Below, piece after piece: positions 26,843 to 36,869 of a stretch of 46,632 bases of DNA. Both the position numbers and the translations under genes were made by a program. The stretch is taken from assembly GCA_012841935.1 (NCBI GenBank), contig DUTS01000103.1, positions 1 to 46,632 of the forward strand, in the 5' to 3' direction. Position 1 is the first letter of the stretch, and each line of letters opens with the position of its first letter. This DNA is from Clostridia bacterium. Its GTDB lineage: Bacteria > Bacillota > Peptococcia > DRI-13 > DTU073. Under the pieces are notes generated by a model. That model did not search any database. It saw nothing but the letters and a program-made list of their open reading frames with translations, and was not told where the DNA came from.

Positions 26843-26989
26843 ATACAAGGTAAAACTTGGAGGTGATTAATAAATGGATAGTATACCTAGGCGAAAGTTT
26901 AGGGGCGAAATGGGGATAACTTATTAGGGGGGTCTTGTGAAATTCCGCAGGCCTCCTGGATTAATAATGGAAAAAAGGGAGGGATAGTT

Positions 26990-28324
26990 GTGGATTTCAC
27001 AAGAATGCAGGAATTATTGCAGTCTCGGCAATATTCCTTATTGAAAAAGGAGTTAAGTAAAGAACAAAATGTAGACATCGCCGAATTTTTGGATGAGCTT
27101 GATGCTAGGTGCACCTTATTGGTTTTTCGGCTGTTACCTAAGGAAATTGCGGCAGATGTCTTTAGTCATTTGTCTGCGGAAAGTCAGGCACAGTTGTCTG
27201 TTTTGGTTAATGAACAGGAACTGCGGGATATTCTGGATGATTTAAAGTTTGATGATAAAATTGACTTTTTGGAAGAAGTGCCGGCTAATGTTGTTAAAAG
27301 GATTTTAAAACATTCTACGGAAACAGAACGAAAATTAATTAATAAGTTTTTAAATTATCCAGAGGATTCCGCGGGCAGCCTTATGGCTATAGAGTTTGTG
27401 GAATTAAAAAAAGAGATGTTAGTTTCTGATGCTTTGGTAAAAATTAGGCAGGGTGCCCCTGGCAAAGAAACTATATATATTTGTTATGTTACAGATAAAA
27501 GTCGTCATTTGGAAGGTGTACTTTCGTTAAGAGAATTGGTGATTGCTTCCCCGGAGCAAAAAATAGAGGAAATTATGAACCGGGAAGTTATTTATGTGCA
27601 TACTTTAGATGATAAGGAAGATGTAGCAGATTTAATTCAAAAGTATGATTTATTGGCTTTACCGGTTACTGATAATGAAAATCGTTTAGTAGGTATAATC
27701 ACTGTTGATGATATTGTGGATGTCATTGAAGAAGAAAGTACGGAAGATATTCACAAGATGGCTACAGTGGGGAAATTAGATGTAAATTTATTAGATGCCA
27801 GCCCTTTTTTATTGGTTAGGAAACGTTTACCTTGGTTGTTAGTTTTAATCTTTATTAATGTTTTTTCTGGTGCTTTTATAGCCTATTATGAGGCTACTAT
27901 TCAAGCTGTAATTGCTTTGGTTTTTTTCCTACCTTTATTAATTGATAGTGCGGGTAATGCTGGTTCACAATCAGCTACCTTGATGATTCGTGCTTTAACT
28001 GTCGGAGATGTGGAATTAAGAGATTGGTTTAAGTTGTTTAGAAAAGAATTTATTATTTCCCTTGTTCTAGGTATTTTTATGGGGCTGGCTGTTTCGGTGA
28101 TTGGAATTTTCCGCGGGGGAATCGATGTGGCCATTGTGGTTTCCTTGACGATGTTGGTTATTGTTTTGGTGGGCAGTATGCTTGGTATGTCTCTGCCATT
28201 TTTATTTAGTAAATTTAAAATTGATCCAGCTGTAGCTAGTGGTCCATTAGTAACCTCAATAGCTGACATCGCGGGTGTTTTAATTTATTTTTCTATTGCC
28301 AGTTGGTATTTGGGAATTCAGTAA
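26990..28324 (+). CDS. mgtE: magnesium transporter MgtE
   Basis: MgtE N-domain, tandem CBS (ALPVTDNENRLVGIITVDDIVDVIEEE), and a TM domain with LPLLIDSAGNAGSQSATL and GPLVTSIADIAG. Confidence 0.9.
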   Translation: MDFTRMQELLQSRQYSLLKKELSKEQNVDIAEFLDELDARCTLLVFRLLPKEIAADVFSHLSAESQAQLSVLVNEQELRDILDDLKFDDKIDFLEEVPANVVKRILKHSTETERKLINKFLNYPEDSAGSLMAIEFVELKKEMLVSDALVKIRQGAPGKETIYICYVTDKSRHLEGVLSLRELVIASPEQKIEEIMNREVIYVHTLDDKEDVADLIQKYDLLALPVTDNENRLVGIITVDDIVDVIEEESTEDIHKMATVGKLDVNLLDASPFLLVRKRLPWLLVLIFINVFSGAFIAYYEATIQAVIALVFFLPLLIDSAGNAGSQSATLMIRALTVGDVELRDWFKLFRKEFIISLVLGIFMGLAVSVIGIFRGGIDVAIVVSLTMLVIVLVGSMLGMSLPFLFSKFKIDPAVASGPLVTSIADIAGVLIYFSIASWYLGIQ

Positions 28325-28351
28325 AAATCCCCTGTGGGTATTTGGTTAGGT

Positions 28352-29605
28352 CTAAATTTGACTGCAATCCAAATAGCCCTGACCTTGTGTGTAAATATCG
28401 ATCGCATTTAGGGGATGACAATTTTGTAGGAGCTTTGCTTTTATTTTGGTAGGTGTGAGGGTGGGATTGTTCTCTAGTAAAAGAGCAATTATGCCGGCAC
28501 AGAGGGGTGTGGTCATGGAAGTGCCGGAAAGGGCTGTATACCATTTGGTGGGACTAGGTAGTTTTTTGTCTAAAAGCGAGCCCTGGGCATGTGTGCTCAT
28601 GAGGTTATTGCCGGGAAGTAAAAAATCGGGTTTGGGTAAACCATCACGTGTAGGTCCTCTTCCGGAGAATTCCGAAACAGTAGTTAAATTATCTAAAGAA
28701 CCTGTAGTTATAAAATCGGGATGAAAGCCAGGTGAGGTGATACTGCCTTTTTCCGGTCCGCCGTTGCCAGCAGCAGTACAAACTACTATTCCCGCCTGCC
28801 ATATTTTTTCCAAGGCTTGACATAAGGGATCTTCTTGATAAGTTAAAGTAGGTTTGTAGCCAAAAGATAAGGATACTATTTTTATTTTATAGATTTTTTG
28901 ATTGTCTAAAACCCATTCTAAAGCGGTGATCGCTGTAGAAATTTTCCCTAATCCCATTTTATTTAATATTTTTAAACTTACTATTTGAGCTTGATAAGCC
29001 GGCCCTTTATATTTACCCTCTGAGAGGTAGCCATTGCCGGCGGCAAGACCAGTACAGTGGGTACCATGTCCGTTGTCATCATAAGGTGTTGAGATTTGGT
29101 TGACGAAATCGCGAAAAGCTAGTAAGCGTTTTTGGGGTAAAAAAAAGTCTGGATGAGGAGCTAAACCTGTATCTAAAATAGCTAGTGTAATCCCTTTACC
29201 GGAAAGATTATTATCCCAAAGGGTAGGAACATTGGTGATAGGAACAGCTTGGTGCAGTAGTGTGCTAATTTCATGGTCTAAATATATTTTTTTTATGAGG
29301 GGATGAGGAGTTATTTTTCGTAATTTTTGTAGGCTGAGGGTTGTGGAAAGACTGTTAATGATCGTTAATTTTTGATGTTTTCTAAATTGGTCTTGGAGAT
29401 TCTTAATTTTTTCGTAGCTGCGTGTAGGTGCTAATTGAATGATTATTGGTAAACGGCAGAGCCGATACTGAAAAAAACGGTAAATTCTTTGTAAAAAACA
29501 GGGTATTCTTTTTGAGCGGCGATAATGATCAAACAGGCTATCCTTTAAGGCCGGGTCCAGTTTATTTGAAAAAGTACGTATCCAGCGTAATTCGTGAATA
29601 TCCAT
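28352..29605 (-). CDS. subtilisin-family (S8) serine protease, AprX-like, no signal peptide
   Basis: Catalytic triad motifs AILDTG (D), HGTHCTG (H), SGTSMTTP (S). The N-terminus (KLDPALKDSLF..RIPCFL) resembles B. subtilis AprX. ATG 29605 lies 7 nt after AAAGGAG. Confidence 0.8.
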   Translation of the reverse strand: MDIHELRWIRTFSNKLDPALKDSLFDHYRRSKRIPCFLQRIYRFFQYRLCRLPIIIQLAPTRSYEKIKNLQDQFRKHQKLTIINSLSTTLSLQKLRKITPHPLIKKIYLDHEISTLLHQAVPITNVPTLWDNNLSGKGITLAILDTGLAPHPDFFLPQKRLLAFRDFVNQISTPYDDNGHGTHCTGLAAGNGYLSEGKYKGPAYQAQIVSLKILNKMGLGKISTAITALEWVLDNQKIYKIKIVSLSFGYKPTLTYQEDPLCQALEKIWQAGIVVCTAAGNGGPEKGSITSPGFHPDFITTGSLDNLTTVSEFSGRGPTRDGLPKPDFLLPGNNLMSTHAQGSLLDKKLPSPTKWYTALSGTSMTTPLCAGIIALLLENNPTLTPTKIKAKLLQNCHPLNAIDIYTQGQGYLDCSQI

Positions 29606-29932
29606 AGTAAGGCTCCTTTTCAAATTTAATACATCATACGAAAAGTGAGCCACAAGGGTGAATATGACAGACTGTTGGGAAAACTTTGATAAAATATAAA
29701 AGAAATTGCCCCACGGAAGGGACAATTCCTTTTATGGAAAGAGGGAGTATAGTTAAAAAAGGAACTTACAACTTATTATAACACGGGCAAGTTGTCGAAG
29801 CAAGAAAAACTTACCGTTTTTATTGAAAAAGTTAAATAAATTTTTCACCCGAATTCTAAATAGTAGCGAATGCTTTAAAAACTGTTTAAATATGTTACAA
29901 TTGGAATAGTATAAAACATGGGGGATGAAATA

Positions 29933-31600
29933 ATGGACTTAAAAAAATTAAGTTGGCTGGGAATGCTTTTTTTTATCATTGGTTTGAGTTTCTCTCAAGT
30001 TGTCATGGCTGATGGATTCCCTGATATAAAAAATCATTGGGCCGAAGAATCGATTGAGGTTTGGTTGGCTCGCGGCTATGTAAATGGTTATCCAGATGGC
30101 CATTTTCGACCAGATGATTTTATTACTCAGGCGGAATTTTGTGCTTTATTTAATCGGGTTTTTGGTTTTAAAGTAGGTGCAGATTATCCCGGTAAAGATG
30201 TACCAGAAGGCAAATGGTATACCGCTGAAATGAAACGGGCGATTGCTGCTGGTTATTTAAGTAGTGATGGTAAGTTAGATCCTCAAGGAATAATTACTCG
30301 TAAGCAAGTAGCCATAAGTTTGGGTAGAGTTTTGTCCTTATCTGCGGTACCGCGTGATCATTATAGCCAATTTAAGGATTTAGGAGAAATTGATTTAGCT
30401 GCAGCAATGGCTATTAATACTGTTCTGGATAAAAAATATATGGGAGGTCAGCTTGGTAATTGTTTTTATCCAGAACAAGGCATTACCAGAGCTGAGTTGC
30501 TTGCAGTTTTGGACCGGGTGGCGGGTAAATTGTATGATCGGCCGGGTGTTTATGGTACACCTTATGATAAATTGGTTATTGAGGGCAATGTCTTAATTAA
30601 TACTCGTAATGTAACTTTACGTAATGTGGCTATTAATGGTGATTTAAATATTGCTCCTGGTATTGGTGATGGTTCTGTTACTTTGATTAATGTTACTGTA
30701 AGGGGAGAAACTAAATTTGGTGGAGGAGCTATTATTAATGATTGTACCTTGGGGCAAGTTGTGGTCACTTCCCCCTATAAACATAAAATTCGTTTGTTGG
30801 CTCAAGGTACTACTGTGATTGGTCTTACTAAGGTGCGAGTGCCGGTAATTCTCGAAGAAGCTAATTTGGTGGGACAGGGGTTTAGTGAGGTTACCTTTAA
30901 TGTAGCACGCGGTAGTGAACTTGATTTACGAGGAAATTTTAAGCGAATTGTTTTGGAAGGAGTAGACGTAAAATTAAATTTGGGGTGTGGTAAAATTGAT
31001 TACCTTTCACTGCCATTAGCTGCACAGGGTGTCCGAGTAGATTTGGCGGAAGCGGTAGATCTAAAAAAAGTGGAAGTGGTTTGCCGGGCTACTTTTACTG
31101 GTTGGGGAAATATTAACCAGGCTTTTGTGTATGCCCGCGGTGTTAATTTTGAATTATTTCCGGAAAAGGTGACTGTGGCTCCTGGAATAACGGCTTTGGT
31201 TTGTGGACGTGTTGTATCTGGTACTTATACAGGTGAAGTAAGGCGGGATGTGTGGCCTTATTTTAAAAGCAATTATCCGCAAATTTGGCAGGTAGGAAGT
31301 TCGGGCTTTACTTTGTCTTGTAAAACCAATACAGCCTGTCAGGCTTATTATGTTGTCTGTGAGGCTGGGGATGATTCACCATTGGCTTCTCAAATAATTA
31401 AGGGCTTAGATGCATTTGGCCGCCGTTTGCCGGTGGAATATCGGGGAGTAATTAATTTAGAAGCAAATCAAGAAAAAAGTGTACGTATAGGTAGTTTGGA
31501 ATCAGATTTATGTTATAATGTCTTTATTGTTTTAAAAAAACAAGGGGTGAACATGGAGCCTGTTGTTTATAAACAAAAGGTTACAACAAGGAGAAAATAA
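29933..31600 (+). CDS. cell-wall-anchored protein: signal peptide, 3 SLH domains, beta-helix-like repeats, unknown C-terminal domain
   Basis: SLH motifs (FPDIKNHWAEESIEVW..GYPDGHFRPDDFITQAEF; ITRKQVA; ITRAELLAVLDRV), then short V/I-x-N-rich repeats (NVTLRNVAINGDLNI..VTLINVTV). Confidence 0.75.
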   Translation: MDLKKLSWLGMLFFIIGLSFSQVVMADGFPDIKNHWAEESIEVWLARGYVNGYPDGHFRPDDFITQAEFCALFNRVFGFKVGADYPGKDVPEGKWYTAEMKRAIAAGYLSSDGKLDPQGIITRKQVAISLGRVLSLSAVPRDHYSQFKDLGEIDLAAAMAINTVLDKKYMGGQLGNCFYPEQGITRAELLAVLDRVAGKLYDRPGVYGTPYDKLVIEGNVLINTRNVTLRNVAINGDLNIAPGIGDGSVTLINVTVRGETKFGGGAIINDCTLGQVVVTSPYKHKIRLLAQGTTVIGLTKVRVPVILEEANLVGQGFSEVTFNVARGSELDLRGNFKRIVLEGVDVKLNLGCGKIDYLSLPLAAQGVRVDLAEAVDLKKVEVVCRATFTGWGNINQAFVYARGVNFELFPEKVTVAPGITALVCGRVVSGTYTGEVRRDVWPYFKSNYPQIWQVGSSGFTLSCKTNTACQAYYVVCEAGDDSPLASQIIKGLDAFGRRLPVEYRGVINLEANQEKSVRIGSLESDLCYNVFIVLKKQGVNMEPVVYKQKVTTRRK

Positions 31601-31602
31601 AA

Positions 31603-32943
31603 ATGCTAGTAATTATCGTCGGAGCAGGAAAAATAGGATTTAATTTAGCAAAAATTTTAGCTAGGGAAGATTATGATGTAGTCTTAATTGAAAAGGAAAA
31701 AGCTGAGGTAGAAAATTTAGAAGAGTATTTGGATATACAGGTTTTGATCGGTGATGGTGTAAAAAGAAGTGTGCTAGAAAAAGCGGGAGTGCAAGCTGCT
31801 GATTTGTTTATTGCTGTAACCGCGAGTGATGAGGTTAATTTGGTGGCCTGTATGGTAGCTAAAACTTATGGATCTATAAAAACAGTGGCACGGGTAAGGA
31901 ATCCGGAATATGCTTATCTAAGTAGACGTAAAAAAGAAACTTTTCCTGGGGTGGATTATTTTATTAACCCCGAATTGATTTTAGCCAAAGAAATAATTAA
32001 ATTAATTGATGTCCCCGAGGCTTTGGACGTTGTTTATTATGCTGAAGGGAAAATACAACTTTTAGAGTTGAAGATTACGGCTGAGGCTCCCATTGTCAAA
32101 CGACAAATTAAAGATTTGAAAGCAAGTAATGTTTTTTTGATCGCGGCTATTGTACGTGATGAACAAGTAATTATTCCCCGCGGGGAAGATTTTATTTATC
32201 CTGATGATACTATTTTTGTATTGGCTAAAACTAAAGAAATGATTGCCGTAGAGCATTTTTTGGGCACCAAGCGGACACAAGTGGAACATATTATGATTTT
32301 TGGGGGTAATTATACGGCATATCATTTAGCCTCTATTTTGGAAATACGGGGTTATCAGGTTAAAATTATTGAACCAGATTATCAAAAAGGGGTGGAACTG
32401 TCTCAGCAGTTGCAAACAGCCATGGTTCTGCATGGTAATCCTACTGACCTTAATTTTTTAGCTAATGAAGGTATAGATAATATTGATGTTTTTGTTAGTT
32501 TAGCCACTGATGATCAACTCAATCTTTTAGTTAGTCTAATTGTTAAGGATTTGGGGGTACGGCGTACTGTTGCCCGGGTGGGGCGAACAGATTATTTGGC
32601 TTTATTGGAAAAAGTGGGTTTGGATATTGGGATTAGTCCTTGGGTTTTAATTGCTAATCGAATTTTACGTTTTATTCGTCATGAACATGATCTGCTTTCT
32701 ATTACCCTGTTGGGTAATGAGCATGCTGAAATGGCCGAATTGCTTGTTACTGAAAATTCACCAGTGGCCTATCGACAATTAAAAGTTTTGGATTTTCCTA
32801 GAGGTTCATTGGTTGGTTCTATTTACCGAGAACGGGAAGTTATTATTCCGCGAGGAGATGATTTTTTAAAACCTGGTGATCACATTACTCTGTTTGCTTT
32901 ACCGGATGTAGCAGCAAAAGCGATAAAATATATTACTGGATAA
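31603..32943 (+). CDS. trkA: K+ uptake protein TrkA (two RCK/NAD-binding modules)
   Basis: MLVIIVGAGKIGFNLA Rossmann motif, a second IMIFGGNYTAYHLA, and two TrkA_C regions. The ATG lies 2 nt after the SLH gene stop. Confidence 0.9.
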   Translation: MLVIIVGAGKIGFNLAKILAREDYDVVLIEKEKAEVENLEEYLDIQVLIGDGVKRSVLEKAGVQAADLFIAVTASDEVNLVACMVAKTYGSIKTVARVRNPEYAYLSRRKKETFPGVDYFINPELILAKEIIKLIDVPEALDVVYYAEGKIQLLELKITAEAPIVKRQIKDLKASNVFLIAAIVRDEQVIIPRGEDFIYPDDTIFVLAKTKEMIAVEHFLGTKRTQVEHIMIFGGNYTAYHLASILEIRGYQVKIIEPDYQKGVELSQQLQTAMVLHGNPTDLNFLANEGIDNIDVFVSLATDDQLNLLVSLIVKDLGVRRTVARVGRTDYLALLEKVGLDIGISPWVLIANRILRFIRHEHDLLSITLLGNEHAEMAELLVTENSPVAYRQLKVLDFPRGSLVGSIYREREVIIPRGDDFLKPGDHITLFALPDVAAKAIKYITG

Positions 32944-32956
32944 TGAAGGTGTAGCT

Positions 32957-34393
32957 ATGAATTGGCAGCAAATTTCTTATTCCTTAAGTTCTCTTTTAAT
33001 TTTGACGGGTATAGCTATGTTGTGGCCATGGGGTTGGTCATTATATTATGGGGAAGCAGACTCCTCGGCGTTATTGGGGGCTGCATTGATAACATTATTG
33101 GTCGGCTTAAGTTGGCGAAAAAGCACTAAACCGATTGGTGAATTATATAATAAAGAAACTTTTTGTTTAGTTACTTTTGCCTGGCTATTGGTTTCTTTGG
33201 TGGGTACATTACCTTATTTATTTACGGGGACTTTTACTACTTTCGCTGATGCATTTTTTGAATCATTATCTGGTTTTACGGCTACTGGGGCTACTGTTTT
33301 AAATGACCTTGAAGTTTTATCTCATGGTGTTTTGTTTTGGCGTAGTTTGACTCATTGGTTAGGCGGCTTGGGTATCATTGTCTTATTTTTAATTCTAGTT
33401 CCATCGGCAAATTTAGGTGGAGTGCGGATTTGGCAAACCGAAACCCCCGGGGGCAACATGACGGCTAAGTTTAGGCCGCGGGTGCGGGAGACTGCCAAAA
33501 TGCTTTGGTTGATTTATTTATTAATGACCATCGCGGAAACGGTTTTCTTGTGGATTGGGGGTCTGTCTTTTTTTGATGCTTTATGTCATTCTTTTGGCAC
33601 TATAGCTACTGCGGGTTTTTCTACTAAAAATGCTAGTATCGGGGCTTATAATTCGGTGATTCAATGGATTATTATTATTTTTATGTTTCTAGCCGGCACC
33701 AATTTTGTCCTATATTATCAGTTTTTTTTAACCAGGCGGATTAGTGTTTTTACACGTAATAGTGAGTTTAAATTATATCTTTTTTTGGTAGGTATTGCGA
33801 CAAGCGTTATTTTTATTGGCAGTTATTCACAAGTTGGGCTAACGTTTCGGGAAGTTGTTTTTCAGGTAGTTTCCTTATTAACTACTACTGGCTATAGTAC
33901 GGCGGATTTTGCCCTCTGGCCAAGTTTTGGACAGGTAATTTTAGTGGTGTTGATGTTTATGGGGGGTTGTGTAGGCTCAACAAGTGGTGGCCTTAAAATT
34001 AGAAGAGTCCTTATTTTGCTTAAACAAGTACAATTGGGTTTAAAGCAAACCCTTCATCCTCAAGCTATTTTAGATTTAAAAATTGACGGAGAAAGCATTT
34101 CACCAAAAGTAGTGGTGAATGTACTGCGTTTTTTCTTTCTTTATTGTCTCTTAATTTTTTTGGGGACAATGAGTTTAACACTGGAAGGACTTGATTTAGT
34201 AACTGCCTTTACTGCCGCAGTAGCTAGTTTGGGTAATATTGGTCCAGGACTTGCTGGGGTGGGTCCAAGTCAAAATTATGGTTTTTTATCTGCTGGAGGA
34301 AAGTTTTTATTATCTTTTATGATGCTTTTGGGTCGTTTGGAACTTTACGCGGTTTTGGTTTTACTACAGCCCTCCTTTTGGCGTCGGGGCTAG
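32957..34393 (+). CDS. trkH: K+ transporter membrane subunit TrkH/KtrB family
   Basis: 478 aa, polytopic, with selectivity-filter-like repeats (SGFTATGATV, TAGFST, TTTGYST, GNIGPG). Confidence 0.9.
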   Translation: MNWQQISYSLSSLLILTGIAMLWPWGWSLYYGEADSSALLGAALITLLVGLSWRKSTKPIGELYNKETFCLVTFAWLLVSLVGTLPYLFTGTFTTFADAFFESLSGFTATGATVLNDLEVLSHGVLFWRSLTHWLGGLGIIVLFLILVPSANLGGVRIWQTETPGGNMTAKFRPRVRETAKMLWLIYLLMTIAETVFLWIGGLSFFDALCHSFGTIATAGFSTKNASIGAYNSVIQWIIIIFMFLAGTNFVLYYQFFLTRRISVFTRNSEFKLYLFLVGIATSVIFIGSYSQVGLTFREVVFQVVSLLTTTGYSTADFALWPSFGQVILVVLMFMGGCVGSTSGGLKIRRVLILLKQVQLGLKQTLHPQAILDLKIDGESISPKVVVNVLRFFFLYCLLIFLGTMSLTLEGLDLVTAFTAAVASLGNIGPGLAGVGPSQNYGFLSAGGKFLLSFMMLLGRLELYAVLVLLQPSFWRRG

Positions 34394-34445
34394 AGTAAGC
34401 AAATTAGGTTAAAACATGATAGAATTAGATTAAAGGTAGAGGTCT

Positions 34446-35333
34446 ATGTTTAAAATTATTTGTAAGGCTTATGGGAAAATTAACTTAACTTTAGATGTTT
34501 TGGGGCAAAGGGATGACGGCTATCATGAAATTATTACCCTTTTACAGGGTATTAATCTTTATGATTTGGTTCATTTAACTCCTCAGGCAGTCGGGATAGA
34601 AATAACCTGTAATTTACCTGCTTTAGCTTCCAAAGAAAATTTGGCTTATCAAGCTGCTAATTTGCTAACAAAGAATTATCCGCAAATTACGGGTTTGCGG
34701 ATTCATTTGGAAAAAAATATTCCTTTGGCAGCGGGTTTAGGTGGTGGCAGTGCCGATGCAGCCATGGTTCTCTGGGGCTGTAATTATTTATTTGATTTGG
34801 GATTATCATTAAGTGAATTAGCTTATTGGGGTGCCTGTATAGGTTCTGATGTGCCTTTTTGCCTTTATCCACTTACGGCTATTGGCACTGGTCGGGGTGA
34901 AAAGTTAACTTACCTTCCCCCCTGCCCTCAATTGGAATTACTGTTATTAAAACCACCTTTTTCAGTTTCTACTCGAGAAGTATATCAATATTTAGCGGCT
35001 GTAGACATAAAAAAGCGGCCGCAGATTAACACTGTTATTAAGGCTTGTCAAACAGCTAATAAGGCACAAATTTATGCTGGCTGTGGCAATGTTTTACAAA
35101 AGGCCACTTTTGCATTATATCCGCAATTAAAGGAATGGGTCAGACAAATTGAAGATTTGGGGGTTGAAAAAGTAATCATGGCTGGTAGTGGACCTACTTT
35201 AATTGTTTTTGAGGAAGAAAAAGAGAAAATAGCAAAATTAATAACCCGGTTCTCCAAACCCGGTTGGCAGGTGGAGGTAGTGCGTACATTAAATAGCAAG
35301 GACTTACGGGGGAGGATGATTATTAGTGACTGA
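34446..35333 (+). CDS. ispE: 4-diphosphocytidyl-2-C-methyl-D-erythritol kinase
   Basis: GHMP kinase motifs: KINLTLDV, IPLAAGLGGGSADAA, GSGPT. Confidence 0.9.
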   Translation: MFKIICKAYGKINLTLDVLGQRDDGYHEIITLLQGINLYDLVHLTPQAVGIEITCNLPALASKENLAYQAANLLTKNYPQITGLRIHLEKNIPLAAGLGGGSADAAMVLWGCNYLFDLGLSLSELAYWGACIGSDVPFCLYPLTAIGTGRGEKLTYLPPCPQLELLLLKPPFSVSTREVYQYLAAVDIKKRPQINTVIKACQTANKAQIYAGCGNVLQKATFALYPQLKEWVRQIEDLGVEKVIMAGSGPTLIVFEEEKEKIAKLITRFSKPGWQVEVVRTLNSKDLRGRMIISD

Positions 35334-36012
35334 ACGGCGTTTTCAAGTATTAAAATTAAATAATTTTAAACCTTTACGTGAAGTAGTTTTTGAAACTTTA
35401 CGAGAGGCCATTATTAAAGGAGTGTTAAAACCTGGAGAGCGTTTAATGGAAAAGCAATTGGCGGAAAATATGGGAGTTAGCCGTACTCCGGTACGGGAGG
35501 CTATTCGTAAATTAGAATTAGAGGGTTTTGTCAGGGTGATTCCACGTAAAGGAACCTATGTTTCCGAAATATCCTTTACTGATGTACGGGAGATTTATGA
35601 AATAAGGGCTTCATTGGAGGCTTTGGCTTGTGGGTTAGCGGCCCAAAGAGCTGCTCCCGAACAAATAGAGGAAATGAAGCGCTACTTGGCCGAAGAAAAG
35701 GATTATTTAGTTATTGAGGATTTGAGTTTGACGGTAAAAACAGATGTCGGTTTACATGAATTAATTTATCAGGCTACTTCTAATGAAAGAATTATGGGGA
35801 TCATGAATAATTTAAAAAAGCATTTATACCGTTTACGCAGTACTTCACTTGCTTATCCGGGACGTAAGGAAAAAAGTTTAGAGGAGCACCAGGAAATCGT
35901 GCAGGCAATTGCCAAACGTGATGTTGAATTAGCACAAAAATTGGGGAAGGAGCATATTTTACGAGCCCAGGCCACAATGTTTGCTTTATTAAGTAAAGGG
36001 GAATTTAAATGA
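35326..36012 (+). CDS. GntR-family transcriptional regulator (FadR/FCD subfamily)
   Basis: N-terminal wHTH (GERLMEKQLAENMGVSRTPVREAIRKLELEGFV) plus an all-helical FCD-type C-domain. The GTG start overlaps ispE by 8 nt. Confidence 0.85.
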   Translation: MTERRFQVLKLNNFKPLREVVFETLREAIIKGVLKPGERLMEKQLAENMGVSRTPVREAIRKLELEGFVRVIPRKGTYVSEISFTDVREIYEIRASLEALACGLAAQRAAPEQIEEMKRYLAEEKDYLVIEDLSLTVKTDVGLHELIYQATSNERIMGIMNNLKKHLYRLRSTSLAYPGRKEKSLEEHQEIVQAIAKRDVELAQKLGKEHILRAQATMFALLSKGEFK

Positions 36013-36767
36013 CGGTAGCCCTTGTTTTGGCCGGAGGCCTAAAACCAGAACTTAGTCCTGGTGAATTAAAGGCTGAGGCTTTAATTCAAATTGGTGAGAA
36101 TTATATGGTAGAATATGTGGTTGAGGCTTTGGCTGCTCTTGACGAAATTAAGCAAATTGTTATTTCTGGCCCGCGTGAAATTGAAAAACTTTATACTACC
36201 TCTACTATAAAAGTGGTGCCGCGAGGAACTACTTTGGTAAAAAGTTTTACTAAGGCTTATCAAAAAGTACCTTTGGATACACGGCAAATTTTAGTGGTAA
36301 CAGGTGATCTGCCCTTATTATCGCCCCAAGCTGTCCGGCATTTTTTACATACTTGTCATTATTTGAACGGGGATTTATTTTATCCTTTGATTAAACGTGA
36401 GGATTGTGAAGCTAAATATCCGGGGATGGAAAGAACCTATATTCGTTTTCGGGAAGGAGTTTTTACTGGTGGTAATTTACTGTTAATTAAATCAGCGGTA
36501 GTAGAGCAGTGTTTGCCTTTGGTGGAGGATTTTATTTATTTGCGAAAAAAACCTTGGGCGATGGTGGTCCGTTTAAATCGAAAATTATTATGGGCTTTAC
36601 TTTTAAAAAGGCTTTCGCTCCAGGATGTAGAAAAAGAAGCAGCTCGTTTATTGGGTGGTGTGCGGGGTGTAGCTGTTTGTTCACCTTTCCCGGAAATAGG
36701 TTTTGATGTGGACAAAGCGAGTGATTTGGCATTAGTGAAAAAACTGTTATCAGCACGAAAAAACTAA
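36009..36767 (+). CDS. MobA-like nucleotidyltransferase-fold protein of unknown specificity
   Basis: ALVLAGG N-terminal motif and VVTGDLPLLS, typical of NTP_transf_3. ATGA overlap with the GntR gene. Confidence 0.6.
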   Translation: MTVALVLAGGLKPELSPGELKAEALIQIGENYMVEYVVEALAALDEIKQIVISGPREIEKLYTTSTIKVVPRGTTLVKSFTKAYQKVPLDTRQILVVTGDLPLLSPQAVRHFLHTCHYLNGDLFYPLIKREDCEAKYPGMERTYIRFREGVFTGGNLLLIKSAVVEQCLPLVEDFIYLRKKPWAMVVRLNRKLLWALLLKRLSLQDVEKEAARLLGGVRGVAVCSPFPEIGFDVDKASDLALVKKLLSARKN

Positions 36768-36792
36768 ATTATGGGAAATTTCTCAAAGAAAA

Positions 36793-36821
36793 GCAGGAAA
36801 TAACATTTTTGTGACGAATAA
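36793..36821 (+). promoter_or_regulatory. sigma-H-type promoter of spoVG
   Basis: GCAGGAAAT (36793-36801), 11 nt, GACGAATAA (36813-36821). This fits RNAGGAWWW-11/12-RNNGAATWW. Confidence 0.5.
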
Positions 36822-36869
36822 GAAGTAGATGAACGGGATGTATTTGTCTAGGGAAGGTGGTGAAATAGT

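Noticed and set aside
26843-26989. Possible M-box (ykoK) Mg2+ riboswitch in the roughly 145-nt leader of mgtE
   Set aside because: B. subtilis mgtE carries an M-box, so I looked for it. I could not find the conserved M-box core words by eye, and there is no terminator hairpin with a T-run before the GTG. A covariance-model scan (Rfam M-box) would settle this. The promoter call itself is weak.
29606-29725. Upstream extensions offered by the ORF track. Here it is 40 extra codons on the protease. The same issue arises at 6308, 8768, 10110, 13260, 13667, 16353, 17402, 24981, 29918 and 45925.
   Set aside because: In each case an internal start with a proper SD gives an N-terminus matching the family. 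The extension either overlaps the upstream gene, lacks an SD, or lies upstream of the predicted promoter.
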